A DNA stretch of 64,000 bases from Octopus sinensis (taxonomy: Eukaryota), in assembly GCF_006345805.1 (NCBI RefSeq), contig NC_043002.1:24986001-25050000 (forward strand), given 5' to 3'. The position numbers and the translations under genes were made by a program. The notes below the pieces were generated by a model, which was not told the DNA's origin, ran no database searches, and worked only from the letters and a program-made list of their open reading frames with translations. Shown here in pieces: positions 22,440 to 34,793 of this stretch; within the stretch, counting starts at the first letter, position 1; each line of letters begins with the position of its first letter.

Positions 22440-25400
22440 CATCATCATCATCATCATCATCGTTTAACGTCCGCTTTCCATGCTAGCATGGGTTGGACGG
22501 TTCAACTGGGGTCTGGCAAGCCCGAAGGCTGCACCAGGCCAGTCAGATCTGGCAGTGTTTCTACAGCTGGATGCCCTTCCTAACGCCAACCACTCCGAGA
22601 GTGTAGTGGGTGATTTTATGTGCCACCGACACAGGTGCCAGACGAGGCTGGCAGACGGCCACGCTCGGATGGTGTTTTTTATGTGCCACCGACACAGGTG
22701 CCAGACGAGGCTGGCTGACGGCCACGCTCGGATGGTGTTTTCTTATGTGTCACCGACACAGGTGCCAGACGGGGCTGGCGGACGGCCACGCTCGGATGGT
22801 GTTTGTTATGTGCCCTCAGCACGGAGGCCAGTCGTTGCGGTACTGGCTACGATCACGTTCGGATGGTTTTCTTATGTGCCACCGGCACTGGTACCACAAG
22901 GATACAAATTCCATTGATGTTCATCTATTTTGATTTGGTTCGATTTGATTTGATTTGATTCGATTCGATTCTCACTTGCCTCAACAGGTCTTCACAAGTG
23001 TCACAAGAAGGAAGGTATGCACAGGTGGACTGACTACGTCCCAGGTAGGGGCCACGGATTATGGCTTCACTAGTCTTGCCGGGTCTTCTCACGCACAGCA
23101 TACTTCCATAGGTCTCGGTCTCTAGTCATTTCCATGGTGAGACCTAACGTCCGAAGGTCGTGCTTCACCACTTCGTCCCAGGTTTTCCTGGGTCTACCTC
23201 TTCCACGGGTTCCCTCAACTGCTAGGGATTGGCACTTTCTCACACACCTATCTTCATCCATTCTCGCCACATGACCATACCAGCGCAATCGTCTCTCTTG
23301 CACACAACAACTGATGCTTCTTAGGTACAACATTTCTCTCAAGGTACTAACGCTCTGTCGAGTAAGTACACTGACATTACACATCCATCGGAGCATACTG
23401 GCTTCGTTCCTCACAAGCTTACGCATGTCCTCAGCAGTCACGGCCCATGTTTCACTGCCATGTAGCATAGCTGTTCGTACACATGCATCATACAGTCTGC
23501 CTTTTACTCTGAGCGAGAGGCCTTTAGTCACCAGCAGAGGTAAGAGCTCCCTAAACTTTGCCCAGGCTATTCTTATTCTAGCAGTTACACTTTCAGCGCA
23601 CCCGCCCCCACTACTGACTTGGTCACCTAGATAGCGGAAGCTATCAACTACTTCTAGTTTTTCCCCCCGGAAAGTGACGGAAGTTGTTTTCTGCAGATTT
23701 TCGGAGGTCAATGCTCCAGAGCATCTGCCACATACAAAAACTATCTTCCCAGTTAGCCTACCTTTGACATTGCTGCACCTCTTATGTGTCCATAGCTTAC
23801 ACTGGGTACATCTTATAGAGTTTCCACCTACACCTTTTCTACAGATCGAGCAGGGCCATCTTCCTGAGGATATTTGTGGATTTTCTAACTTTCTACTTAT
23901 TAGTACTTTGGTTTTAGCTAGGTTGACTCTAAGGCCCCTCGATTCTAAACCCTCCTTCCACACCTGGAACTTCTCCAGTTCTGATAGTGACTCAGCGATT
24001 AGAGCGAGGTCGTCAGCATAGAGGAGCTCCCAGGGGCAACCTGTCTTGAATTCCTCCATAATTGCCTGGAGGACTATGATAAATAGGAGGGGGCTGAGTA
24101 CTGAACCCTGGTGGACCCCAACCTCTACCTTGAATTCTTCTGTGTACATGCTGCCAACTCTAACCTTACTTACGGCATCTCTGTACATGGCTTGCACAGC
24201 CCTCACCAGCCATTCATCTATCCCTAGTTTCCTCATTGACCACCAGATGAGGGATCGGGGGACCCTATCAAAGGCTTTCTCCATGTCAACGAAAGCCAGG
24301 TACAGGGGCTTATCTTTGGCTAGGTATTTCTCCTGCAGCTGCCTTACCAGGAATATAGCATCAGTGGTGCTTTTCCCTGGGACAAACCCAAACTGCATCT
24401 CATCTAAACTAACTCTCTCTCTAATTAGTTGGGCTATGACCCTCTCCGTAACCTTCATTACCTGATCCAACAGCTTGATACCTCTGTAATTATTTGTATC
24501 CAGGGCATCACCTTTACCTTTGTAGCAGTTGACTAGTATGCTGCTACACCAGTCATTGGGTATGACTCCTTCGTGTATCACCTGGTTGACTATACGGGTG
24601 ACTAGGTTATAGCCGACACTGCCAGATATTTTGAGCATCTCTGCAGTAATTCCTGATGGGCCTGGGGCTTTCCCTGTCTTCATGCTTCTAATTGCCTTAG
24701 CTACCACGGAACTATCAACTCGGATAGCTGGTCCCTCTGTTGGGTCAACATTCGGCAGACTCTCTTTATCCCATTCATTTTCTTTATTCAGCAACCTTTC
24801 ATAGTGGCATCTCCAAACCTCTCTCTTTGCATCCTCATTTAGCGCAAGTGAACCATCATCCATGCGAACACACTTCTCTCCTACCACATCACGATTCTCT
24901 CTCACACACTGTCTTGCAACACGAAATACCTCAAGTCTTTCATCCTCACGGCTCAGAACATTGGCAAATTTTTTCTTATCCGCTTCCCCTCTGGCTAAAT
25001 AAACCTGTCTCCTAGCTTCCCTTTTGGCTGTCTGATACAATTCCCTGCTACCACCGTTCTTCCAGTCCTTCCAAGCCTGTCTCTTTTGTCTAATAGCCCT
25101 GTCAACCACAGTGTTTCACCACCATGTTACTCTGGGTCGAGATGGTACTTTGCTCCATCCACAGATCTGGTCAGTGGCTGTCAGCAGATTGTCCCGTAGG
25201 AATCTCCAGTTGTCTTCCACATTAAGTGAAGCTATATCCCCTTCTATTTCGTCAGAGGCTTCGAGTAGTATGTCTCTAAATCTCTGTCCATTTGCAGGAT
25301 CTTTAAGCTTCCAGACCCTTCTCCTCCAAGCTGGTCTTCTTCTGGGCAACCATTTAGCTCTGATCCTGAAGTCGCTAACTACTAATCTATGTTGGGGAGT

Positions 25401-26140
25401 ACATTCTTCGCCTGGGAAGGTTTTGGCATTTATAATCAGCCCTCTTTCCCTTTTTCTGGCAAGGATGTAGTCAATCTGGCTGGTGTGTCTGCCAGAACGG
25501 TAGGTGACTAGGTGAGAGGTGGGTTTCCTGAAGTGGGTATTGCAGACCATAAGGTCATTTGCATCGCAGAACTCCAGCAGCCTGGTTCCTTCCTCATTTC
25601 GAGAGCCAAAACCGTAGCCTCCATGGACGCCATGGAAGCCCCCGACATGTCGTCCAAATCACCTGCCACGAAGAGAAGGTCACTGTCATTTGTCAATGAG
25701 GTAGTCCGCAATAGGGTGTCATAGAATTGGTCTTTTTGTCCTTCCGGTAGCCCTGGTTGAGGGGCATATGCCGAGATGATGGTAGCTGTCCTATGGTGAA
25801 GAACTAATCTAATTTTAATTACTCTGTCACTTACTCTGACTACCTCGATTACCTTACCTACCCATTTCTCCGCAAGAAGTATACCCATGCCCCCGACTCC
25901 GTCAGTGTTCCCTGCCCAGAAAATCTTGTACCTGTGTTCCTTGCCTGTGAGGAGCCTAGCAGAACCTCCCCTCCACCTTACTTCCTGGATACAGCATACA
26001 TCCACACGTCTCCGTTCAAGCAGCTCTACAATCTCTCCAGACCTACCTTTCAATGTGCCAACATTGAGTGTGCCAACTCTGAGGGTTTGGGAGGTGTGGG
26101 CATCAGAGACACTGGGACGAGGGACAGCCGTGTCATGTAC
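22440..26140 (-). mobile_element. Near full-length RTE-clade LINE (EN plus RT, frameshifted) with repeat-containing 3' UTR
   Basis: EN (TLNVGTL, IQEVRW, AYAP, QIDYIL) at 25116-26140. 679-aa RT ORF 23070-25109 (YRGIKLL, DMEKAFDRV, QGSVLSP, YADD). (GAT)n tail. Confidence 0.95.
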
Positions 26141-26323
26141 CTGAAAAGAAAGCTTGCATTTGGCAGATTTCATATGGAAACTCTCGACTACAACCTGCAT
26201 ACTTTTCACAATTTTTTGCGCTATATGTTCAGATAAACCCTTCATAGGTGCTAGTGTGGGGGGGGGGCAGTTTCCGGTATTTGGGTAGAAACTTCCGGTA
26301 TTGGTGGTGGGAGGGTGGGCGAC

Positions 26324-26515
26324 AAAATCGAAGCAACTAGTTTGAATACTATATTTGAGGGGGAGAAATAATTAATTAGATAAAAACTGAATGAAAGCCA
26401 GAGAGAGAATGAGTGAAAATAGATAAATAATAAAAAAATACGGTAGAGAAAGAAAATAGATAAATAATGAAAAAAATACGGTAGGAAACGAGGGGGCATA
26501 TTTTCGAAGGAGAAT
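26324..26515. repeat. 192-bp direct repeat, copy 1 (copy 2 at 29350-29541)
   Basis: Identical except one C/T difference seen by eye. Confidence 0.9.
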
Positions 26516-26727
26516 GGGATAAACATCGAAGATGGCTCTGAAGGAAAATAAACTTTAAAAATGCAATGCATGTAGTCGCCATGTTTAGAGAAGAGAAACG
26601 AAGGGAGAACAGATCAAGCTATCCAAACAAAACGCTTAAAAATATGAAAAGAGCAGGATGAGATTTGACTTAACTGGCCATTTTTGGAAGTCTGTGTTTT
26701 CTCTGAAGGTGTAGCGAGTGAATGGGG

Positions 26728-29257
26728 TATTTCTTTATTATGATTATAAAAATCGATTACACAGAAGGACAAATACAGGACATACATACAAAAAAACATT
26801 TAAGAGATTCGATTAAAAATTTTCATTTACATTTGGATTATTCATTATAACATAAATGTCCTTTACATGACCAGTAGAACAAACAACAGTACATGAACTT
26901 ATAATCTCACTGGAGTTTTTACACCCCGGCAATTTATGAGGCCCCGCAGCTTTTATTTCCTCTCCTTCCTCCATGGTCAAGCTGGGTTTCTGACACCCAC
27001 CTTTTTTTCCACTTCCTTCCATCTCTTCTCATACACACCCCGTGGTAAGATCCTCTTTTCCAGCCCCATTTTGCTCTTCAGATGATATCTGAAGTAAGTG
27101 AGCAAGCCGGGGCCGGAGACAAAGGATCCTATCGCGGCTCCTTCCATTCTTGTTCTCCACATGCATTCTTTTACTACTGCAACCGTGCAGTGAAAACATG
27201 CCTCACCTTCCTTCGAGAGTCCAGTTGGCGGTATCATCTTAATCATAGACTCAGCCGACAGCTGTACTCGCCCCAGATGCGATAACACGTGTTCTGCGTA
27301 ACTTATCAAGTCGGACAACTTCCGACAGTGAACAAAAGCGTGCTGGACGGTTTCATCGTCCAACTCGCACCTTGGACACGTCGGTGGCACTGAAACTCCG
27401 TGCCGCGATAACTTCTCGCGAACAGGTAAAGCATTCCTATAGCACTGCCAGGCCAGGGATCTTTGGAAATTATCCAAATACCCCGACCTGAAAGTTTTTT
27501 TAAACAGGTTGGTAAGCTGGTCTTCGTCAAACCCCAGAGCCCCTCCTAGGACGTCGTCGTTTTTTGCCTCTACCAGCTTTCTATAAAATACCGAGGTGGT
27601 ATTTCCGCAGCCGGCCTTGCCCGCCTTGTGGATCAGCGTGAGTGCCTGTCGGCACTCCTTTTGCCATGGAGTCAGTTTCCATCTTTTGATGTAACCGGGT
27701 TTAAAATTCACTAAGGAGGCCGGTCTCGGGAAAAATCCCCCTGCCAGCGGACTCCACACCTTATCACCTTCCAGGTGGTGCCAGAGATGCCTTAGCCTCA
27801 ACGCATGTCTGCGCATCATCAACCAAGGCATTCCTAACCCACCCTTTAACGGTTCCTGGCAGCAAACGGAGCGCCTCACAAGTGGCCTTCCTCCTTTCCA
27901 CAAAAAGCGGAAAAGGATTCGCTCCAACTTGTTAAGCCATGAATCGGGGCAAGGGACAACGGTCAGGCGGTAGGTGATTAGAGATGCAATGAACATCTGC
28001 ACCACCTCCGCCTTTCCTTTCAAGGACAGAAACCTTCCGGACCAGGTCCGTACTATGGCCTCCACCTTGCTTGTCACCTCACTCCAGTTCTTCTCCGTTT
28101 GGGAGTCTGGCCCAAACCAAACTCCCAGCAACTTAACAGGGCCATCCGTCCAGTGTCCCACGACACTGGACGATATCGACTTGCTCCTCCAGGTGCCGAG
28201 GCGCAAGCCAACCGATTTGTCCTTGTTAACCTTTGCTCCTGCCACCGCCTCGTATCCTCTGATAGCCTCCTCTACACAAGGTAGTTGGGCCTCTTTGGAC
28301 ACGATGAGGGTGACGTCATCCGCATAAGCAGTAACCGTCCTCCCACCTCCGATTTCATCCGAGTTACTCCCCAGCCTCTCCAACTTTCGCAGCAATGGCT
28401 CAAGAGCCAATACGTACAAAAGTGGTGACAAGGGGCACCCCTGACGCACTGAACACTCGATCGAAAACGGTTCCGTTAGGTAACCGTTTATCTGGACGGT
28501 GGACTTGATGCCGCTATACATAGCGGAGATCCACCCGCGAAATTCAGGGCCCAGCCCAGCCGCTTCGAGGACCGTCGCCAGGTACCCATGGTCTACCCTA
28601 TCGAAGGCTTTACTTTGGTCTAAATGGACCATTACCCCGCCTTTGCCGGCTAATTTACCTACCCTATCTAAGGTGTAGCGTATAAGGTGAAGGTTGTCCT
28701 GGATCGACCTGCCTGGAATTGCACATGTCTGTGCTCTCCCTACAAGTTTCTCCACGACAACCGTCAACCTTTTTGCCAACACCTTGGCCAAAATCTTTAA
28801 CTCTACATTAAGTAGAGTTATGGGCCTGTAGTTACTAATGTTATCCCCCTTGCTCGGGTCTTTCTGGATTAGCGTCACCACTCCCCGGCTTACAGAACTG
28901 GGAATTCTCCCATTCTGCTGCCAGTTCGTGTAGACGCCCGCCAGTATTCCCCCGAACAAGTCCGGCATACTTTGGTAAAACTCGTAGGGCAGACCATCCA
29001 ACCCCGGCGACTTCTCCCCGGCGCATCCGGCCAGTATCTCCTTTATCTCCGCGGGAGTGATCGCTCCTTCACAGCACTCCACCTCACGCCCCGCGAGCTG
29101 CGGTCCGCCGGCTAGGAAGTCCTTTAAGGCTCTCCCCCGATCCAGCGGACCACCACCCCCGAACACGCGGGCGAAATGCTGGTGAAGAAACTTTTGCATC
29201 TCCTCCTGTCCATAGATCTTTTGTCCCTGTTCGTCAGTTAAAGATTTGATTGAGGCA
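26728..29257 (-). mobile_element. 5'-truncated Tx1/L1-clade LINE with open 740-aa RT/C-terminal frame; 15-bp TSD agcgagtgaatgggg
   Basis: ORF 26977-29199 (GLDGLP, YRPITLL, QSKAFDRV, RQGCPLSP, YADD, CPRC..ET..H). 3' end aataaagaaata. TSD at 26713-26727 and 29258-29272. Confidence 0.95.
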
Positions 29258-29294
29258 AGCGAGTGAATGGGGATGGGATACGATCGCTGGCTGG

Positions 29295-29302
29295 CTTTTA
29301 TA
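29295..29302 (-). promoter_or_regulatory. Consensus TATA box TATAAAAG in GC-rich flanks
   Basis: cccc-TATAAAAG-ccagccagcg matches TATAWAWR. No transcript evidence. Confidence 0.55.
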
Positions 29303-30637
29303 GGGGAATTAGGGAGGGGGACGGAAACACGAGAGAGAGAGAGAGAGAGAAAATCGAAGCAACTAGTTTGAATACTATATTTGAGGGGGAGAAATAATTA
29401 ATTAGATAAAAACTGAATGAAAGCCAGAGAGAGAATGAGTGAAAATAGATAAATAATAAAAAAATACGGTAGAGAAAGAAAATAGATAAATAATGAAAAA
29501 AATACGGTAGGAAATGAGGGGGCATATTTTCGAAGGAGAATATATATATATTTATATATATATATGTATATATATATGTATATATATGTATATATATTTG
29601 TATATATATATATACATATAGGATGTTAGTTTAACATTCATCTCATTCATACCCAATAAATTGATTCACTGTATGTAAAAAATTCATATGAAATTAGTAG
29701 AAATAAACAATAAATAAAATATGTAGATATATCAAACCAACAAATGAACTGTTAACTTAAAAAGTATCTATTGTTTTATTATCTTCAACATTACATAATT
29801 CAATAATAGCCCATCTGATTAAAGTGTTTCTTGCATATGATTGATGCCGTCTACAAAATGCAGAGATCATAGCATATGTTAATTTCTTTAAATGACTTTT
29901 AGACATAGGAATAAACAGGGACTGTGTCAAAGAAACCATAGAAATGTTTCCTGATCCCAGTAGACAAAATGACAAATGTATGAAAAGTATATCAACAAGT
30001 GATCATTACAGTAATGTCTAATGAATAATATTAAAAGTAATGATGCAGCCTGAATAAGGATATTGTCTAATACACTATAGGCAGTATATAAGACATAGTA
30101 TAAGATTCATAAACCAGTAAAAATGAATTTAAATTGGAAATTTCTTTTTTTTTATTTTGTTTTTTAGAGGGTAGAAAACTCTTTTGGAAACGAACACAAT
30201 TTATCTGGATAAGGAGTAAAAAAAATGGCAGTCAATAAAGAAATCAATAAATAAATAAATGTTTGAAAGTAATCCCTCAAAGATGCTTTTCCCAACTCTA
30301 AAATCATTAAGCAAGCTTACATAGGTTTATAAAAATTAAATTGTATATTTACCTTGTTACTTAGTAGCTGTTGTCTTCCACGATTAAAATGCCTAGAAAA
30401 TGATAGGGGTGAATAAACAGAGAAATATATCTCTTTATGTATATATATATACATGTATATATATATATATGGGTGGAGTCTTCGACTTGACCTGAGCATG
30501 GACTCAAACCCAAATGAAATGAAATATATAGCTACTTTTATGTGTATTGAATGTGAAAAGGAATTAGGTCAGTTAATGGGAGGAATGTGTAACTAAAATA
30601 TACCTACTGAAATCAACGGTGCGTAAATTATTTATTC

Positions 30638-30717
30638 AGCAATCCGAGTTAACAGTTCCTTAGTAGATAAGGCAATTAGAAGCATGAAAACAGGGAAAGC
30701 CCCAGGCCCATCAGGAA
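30638..30717 (+). mobile_element. Isolated RTE RT fragment (VDKAIRSMKTGKAPGPSG)
   Basis: Matches the RTE at ~24650-24730 (reverse complement). Precedes by ~30 nt of consensus the start of the RTE copy at 34794. Confidence 0.8.
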
Positions 30718-31469
30718 AGAGAAGAAATTCTGGAAAAAGTGAAGAAATGTTGGATCTCCGCTATGTGAATCAAAATACGTGTCAGAAACATCTTGAAATA
30801 CTACAGAAATTATGTTACGAAAATGATAATGTATACATACCTCTTTGAGTGGTCCATCGACAATGATGATAAAGAAATGAGTTGGATTTGAACTCAGAAT
30901 ATTGACTAACACAACTACATACTACAAGACTCAAAATATTCAGCCAAGTCACCACCCTTTAACTAGCAATAATAATAACATCAATAACACAACAGCCAAA
31001 GGATTTATTTGTTCTGAAAATAACAATCATAGTAAATAAATATGTTCTTTAATATTCACATTCATGTGCACAGTTAAACACACTTACATACAAACAGTCA
31101 CGCATGCATAATACAGAACGGAACACATAAATGAAGGATGCATTACTTAGTATATATTACATCTAGAGAATTTTGATTAATAAGTCAAATATGCAAATTA
31201 TAAAGATAATTAATTGCTTTACTAAACAGTGTTGTAAAGGTGAAAAAATAAATTTGGGAAAAAAATACACGCCAAAACTAATTAATAAAGGATAATTAGG
31301 GAAGGATTGACACAAAATAATTATTTTTTCTGTCTCTTTTTTTCTGATAAATGCATCTTAAGTGAGAAGAATTGCATATATCTGAACTATTTCAAAGAAA
31401 AGCATAAATTTAATCCAACATTTCTTCACTTTTTCCAGAATTTCTTCTCTTTATTATTTTTTTTTTTTG

Positions 31470-32035
31470 CGAAATATGTACAAAAATACGGAGTTTATGA
31501 TTCATGTGTGTGTTCTTGATCCTCGTTTAGAACAAGTAGTTTTACACCAATTACACTATTTTTTCTTAGTTTAAAGGCCGTGGACTGAAGATGGAAATTT
31601 CCGAAGCCTCTCCCCCACTCCCCTTTCGCGAGCGCGCATTTTTTTCATGATAGTCGTTTAGAGCAAGTTGTTTTACACCTATTACGCTGTTTTTGTTTGT
31701 TTTTGTGCCCGGTTCAGACGCTTTCGGAAATTCCCGATATAAATTTTCCGAAGCTTCTCCCCCACCCCTCTTTCGCGAGTGCGAATTTTTTTTGTCATAT
31801 TCGTTTAGAGCAAGTTGTTTTACACATATTACACTATTTTTTTTTTGTTTTGGTGCCCGGGTCAGCCCCTCAGACGCTTTCGGAACTTCCCGATGTGAAT
31901 TTTCCGAGGCCTCTCCCCCACCCCCTTTCACGTGCGCGAATTTTTTTTTTCATATTCGTTCATAGGAAGTTGTTTTACACCTATTACACACATTTTTGTT
32001 TTGATTTTCTGATATGCGTAACGCCCTATATTAAC
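31470..32035. mobile_element. Tandem-repeat-bearing non-autonomous element, copy 2
   Basis: Same ~130-bp units as 1555-2005. Confidence 0.65.
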
Positions 32036-34792
32036 TGGCAGCGGTAAACAATTAATCCGGAATTGTGCTTTTAAAACAAAACAGGAACACAACGAACGTG
32101 AAATTAGCAAACAAAACATCGCTACGCTTCGGACAACATAAACAAAGAATCCAAGATGGCGACCCCTGTCACTGTACAGATGAATCTGCATCCGATTATG
32201 AACTGGGATTCTAGTGATGTCGTTGAAGAATTTAAAAAATTCAAACAAAAAGCTCAACTAGCTTTCAAAAGTTTCCTGAAAGGCACAACTGACGATGAAA
32301 AGGTAAGTTACATCCTTTTATGGTCAGGTAATAAAGGAATAGACCTATACAATAGCTGGGATATGTCAGAATCAGACTGCAATGACCCAGATACACTTCT
32401 TGATAAATTTGAGAGGCACCTAGAGCCCAGGTCAAACCACAGAATTCAGAGATACGAATTCCAGGGCCTGAAACAAGCCCCACAAGAAACAATAGACAAT
32501 TTCCTGTCAAGACTGAAAAATGTTGCAGAGAAATGCAAATTCAAAGACAGGGAGGAGAGAATTGTAGACCAATTAATATGGGGGTGTGCCCACAAAGAAG
32601 TGCAAAAATCCCTCATAGGTAAGGACGCTCTCCAGTTGGTAGAAGCAGTAGACACTGCAAGAGCATTTGAAGCCACTACCAAACAAATGGCCTCACTAAG
32701 CTTACAAGCAAGCCCACTAGATAGCAGTGTAGATACTGTATATAAGGACAGGACACAAACCCAAAACCAAAGAACATGCCGGTACTGTGGTACAGAGCAT
32801 GAATTTAACGACCGGAAAAAATGTCCTGCATTCGGTACACACTGCAAAGGATGTGGAAAACTGAACCACTGGAAAAAAATGTGTAGGATAACAAAATCCC
32901 AGAGATACAAGCCCCAAGTTTCAAAGAGGAGCAGAAATAGAAGGGATATACATGCACAACAACAGGTACAAAGCACCTCAGAGGAGGAATTCTTAGCAAT
33001 CGGCATAATAAATGTGCATGAGAAGGGAAAGGACGACCGAAGGAAAGAAGATGAGGCATACACGACGATAAAAATTCAAAAGAAGGCCGGAAGGAAAAGA
33101 ACAAACATAGACTTAAGGCTGAAGATAGACACTGGGGCCCAGAGTGATATCTTGCCTGTCGGCTTATACAAGAAGATGTTCCCAGAAAATATGACAGAAG
33201 AGGATAGGGTCAGGAAAGGAATCCTCACACCAAGTGATGTGGTCCTCACTGCGTACGGAGGTACCAGAATCCCATAACTGGGGAAAACAACAATAAAGGG
33301 GACACACAAAGGGAAATCAATCGAGTGTACATTTTATGTGACAAGAACAGAAGGCCCAGCAATTCTTGGACTCGATACCTGCAGGAGGTTAAATATTGTG
33401 TCGGTCAATGCTGAAGTGAAAGCAGCTCCAAGCAGGATTAACAGTGATATGCCTATCAAAGACCGACCACCAATCACAAACAAAAAGGAGATGGAAGGAC
33501 TAAGCAGAAAGGTCCACCACATTGTGAATGTGACAACAAATAAGAGCATGTACAAAGACATAGAAAAGTACAAAACCTCACAACAAAAGAAAGACAGAAA
33601 AGTACAAAACCTCACAACAAAAGGAGTAAATGTTATCTGGTGACATCCCAAGAAGGCCATGGCAAACTATTGGAGTAGATCTATTCACAGAAGGCCAAGA
33701 ATGGTATTTAATAATGGCCTGCTACTACTCCAAATTTCCAATTGTGAGAAAAGTGAAAGACCTGACAGCCAAAACAATCACTACAGTGGCCCGAGGACTC
33801 CTAGCAGAGCAAGGAATACCAGAGCAGATCATATGTGACAATGGAACCCAGTTCACGTCACAAGAATTCAAAAAGCTAGCTGATGAATATGGGTTCAATA
33901 TTAAAACTTCATCTCCACACTGCCCCAAAGGTCATGGGTTTATAGAAAGACAGGTGCAGACAGTGAAGAGAACACTAGTCAAATGCCGGAAGACTAGGGA
34001 AGACCCACACCTGGCACTTATGTCCCTACGAGCGACTCCACTGAGAGCTAATATGAAATCCCCAGCAGAATTGCTGAATGGCAGGAAGTATAAAACTACC
34101 CTGCCAACTAAGATCCAACCTCCTATTGACCAGAAAGAAACAAGGGCAAAGCTAGCAGCCACTCAAGAATGAGCACAGAGGCATCACAACAAACATGCAC
34201 AATATTTACCTGAGATGCTTGGAGGATAACATGTGCATACTCAAGATCCCATAACTAAAACATGGATCCCAGCAAAGGTTGTCAGTAGAGCTGAAACTCC
34301 AAGATCAAATATAATAGAAACAGAATCTGGTAGGCAGCTGAGACGCAACAGGGCCCACATCCGCCCAACACCAGAGCTACCTAGGAAAACGTGTACAACA
34401 CACCTCAGACACCGGTGCGAAGCAGAAGATCCACCAGATGGAGAAAGAACATTCTGCCACCGGTTCGATACCGCTAAAGAAAAAGAAAAGACATGATGAC
34501 AATCCATAGAGCAAGGGAGACTACTCATAGTTGTCTTCACTGCCAAGAGACCCCTTTTTTTTTTCAAGAAGAAGGGATGTTACACATTCATATCTGTGTG
34601 TTTGCGAATGCCAAACTACTCCATACTCTTGGCACTATTTGTTAGTGAACAATACAAACTGTGTGTTAAGTAAACAATGTATCACTACACGGTGATGTGT
34701 CGTCCATGTAAGTAACGTCAATAAACATGATAAACATAACAATGGCTTTCAACTGGTTGTCTTTCCTGATACAACAAACTACACGCATAACA
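32036..34792 (+). mobile_element. Ty3/Gypsy element lacking 5' LTR and RT-RNaseH: PBS, gag-protease, integrase core, PPT, 3' LTR
   Basis: PBS TGGCAGCGGT (32036-32045). Gag 32156-33277 with Cys/His knuckles and protease IDTGA. Integrase VDLF..CDNG..FIER at 33630-34172. PPT aagaagaaggga. LTR TGTTA...TAACA at ~34578-34792. Confidence 0.88.
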
Positions 34793-34793
34793 G

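Noticed and set aside
26120-26245. Splice acceptor ctttcttttcag at the apparent RTE 5' boundary, and ORF extension to 26245
   Set aside because: The element boundary cannot be fixed without a consensus, and there is no donor or transcript evidence.
26324-29541. TRIM or LTR interpretation of the 192-bp direct repeats
   Set aside because: No TG..CA termini, PBS, PPT or TSD.
29757-29975. 72-aa minus-strand ORF of ordinary composition
   Set aside because: No recognisable motif, and no consistent splice pair that preserves a frame.
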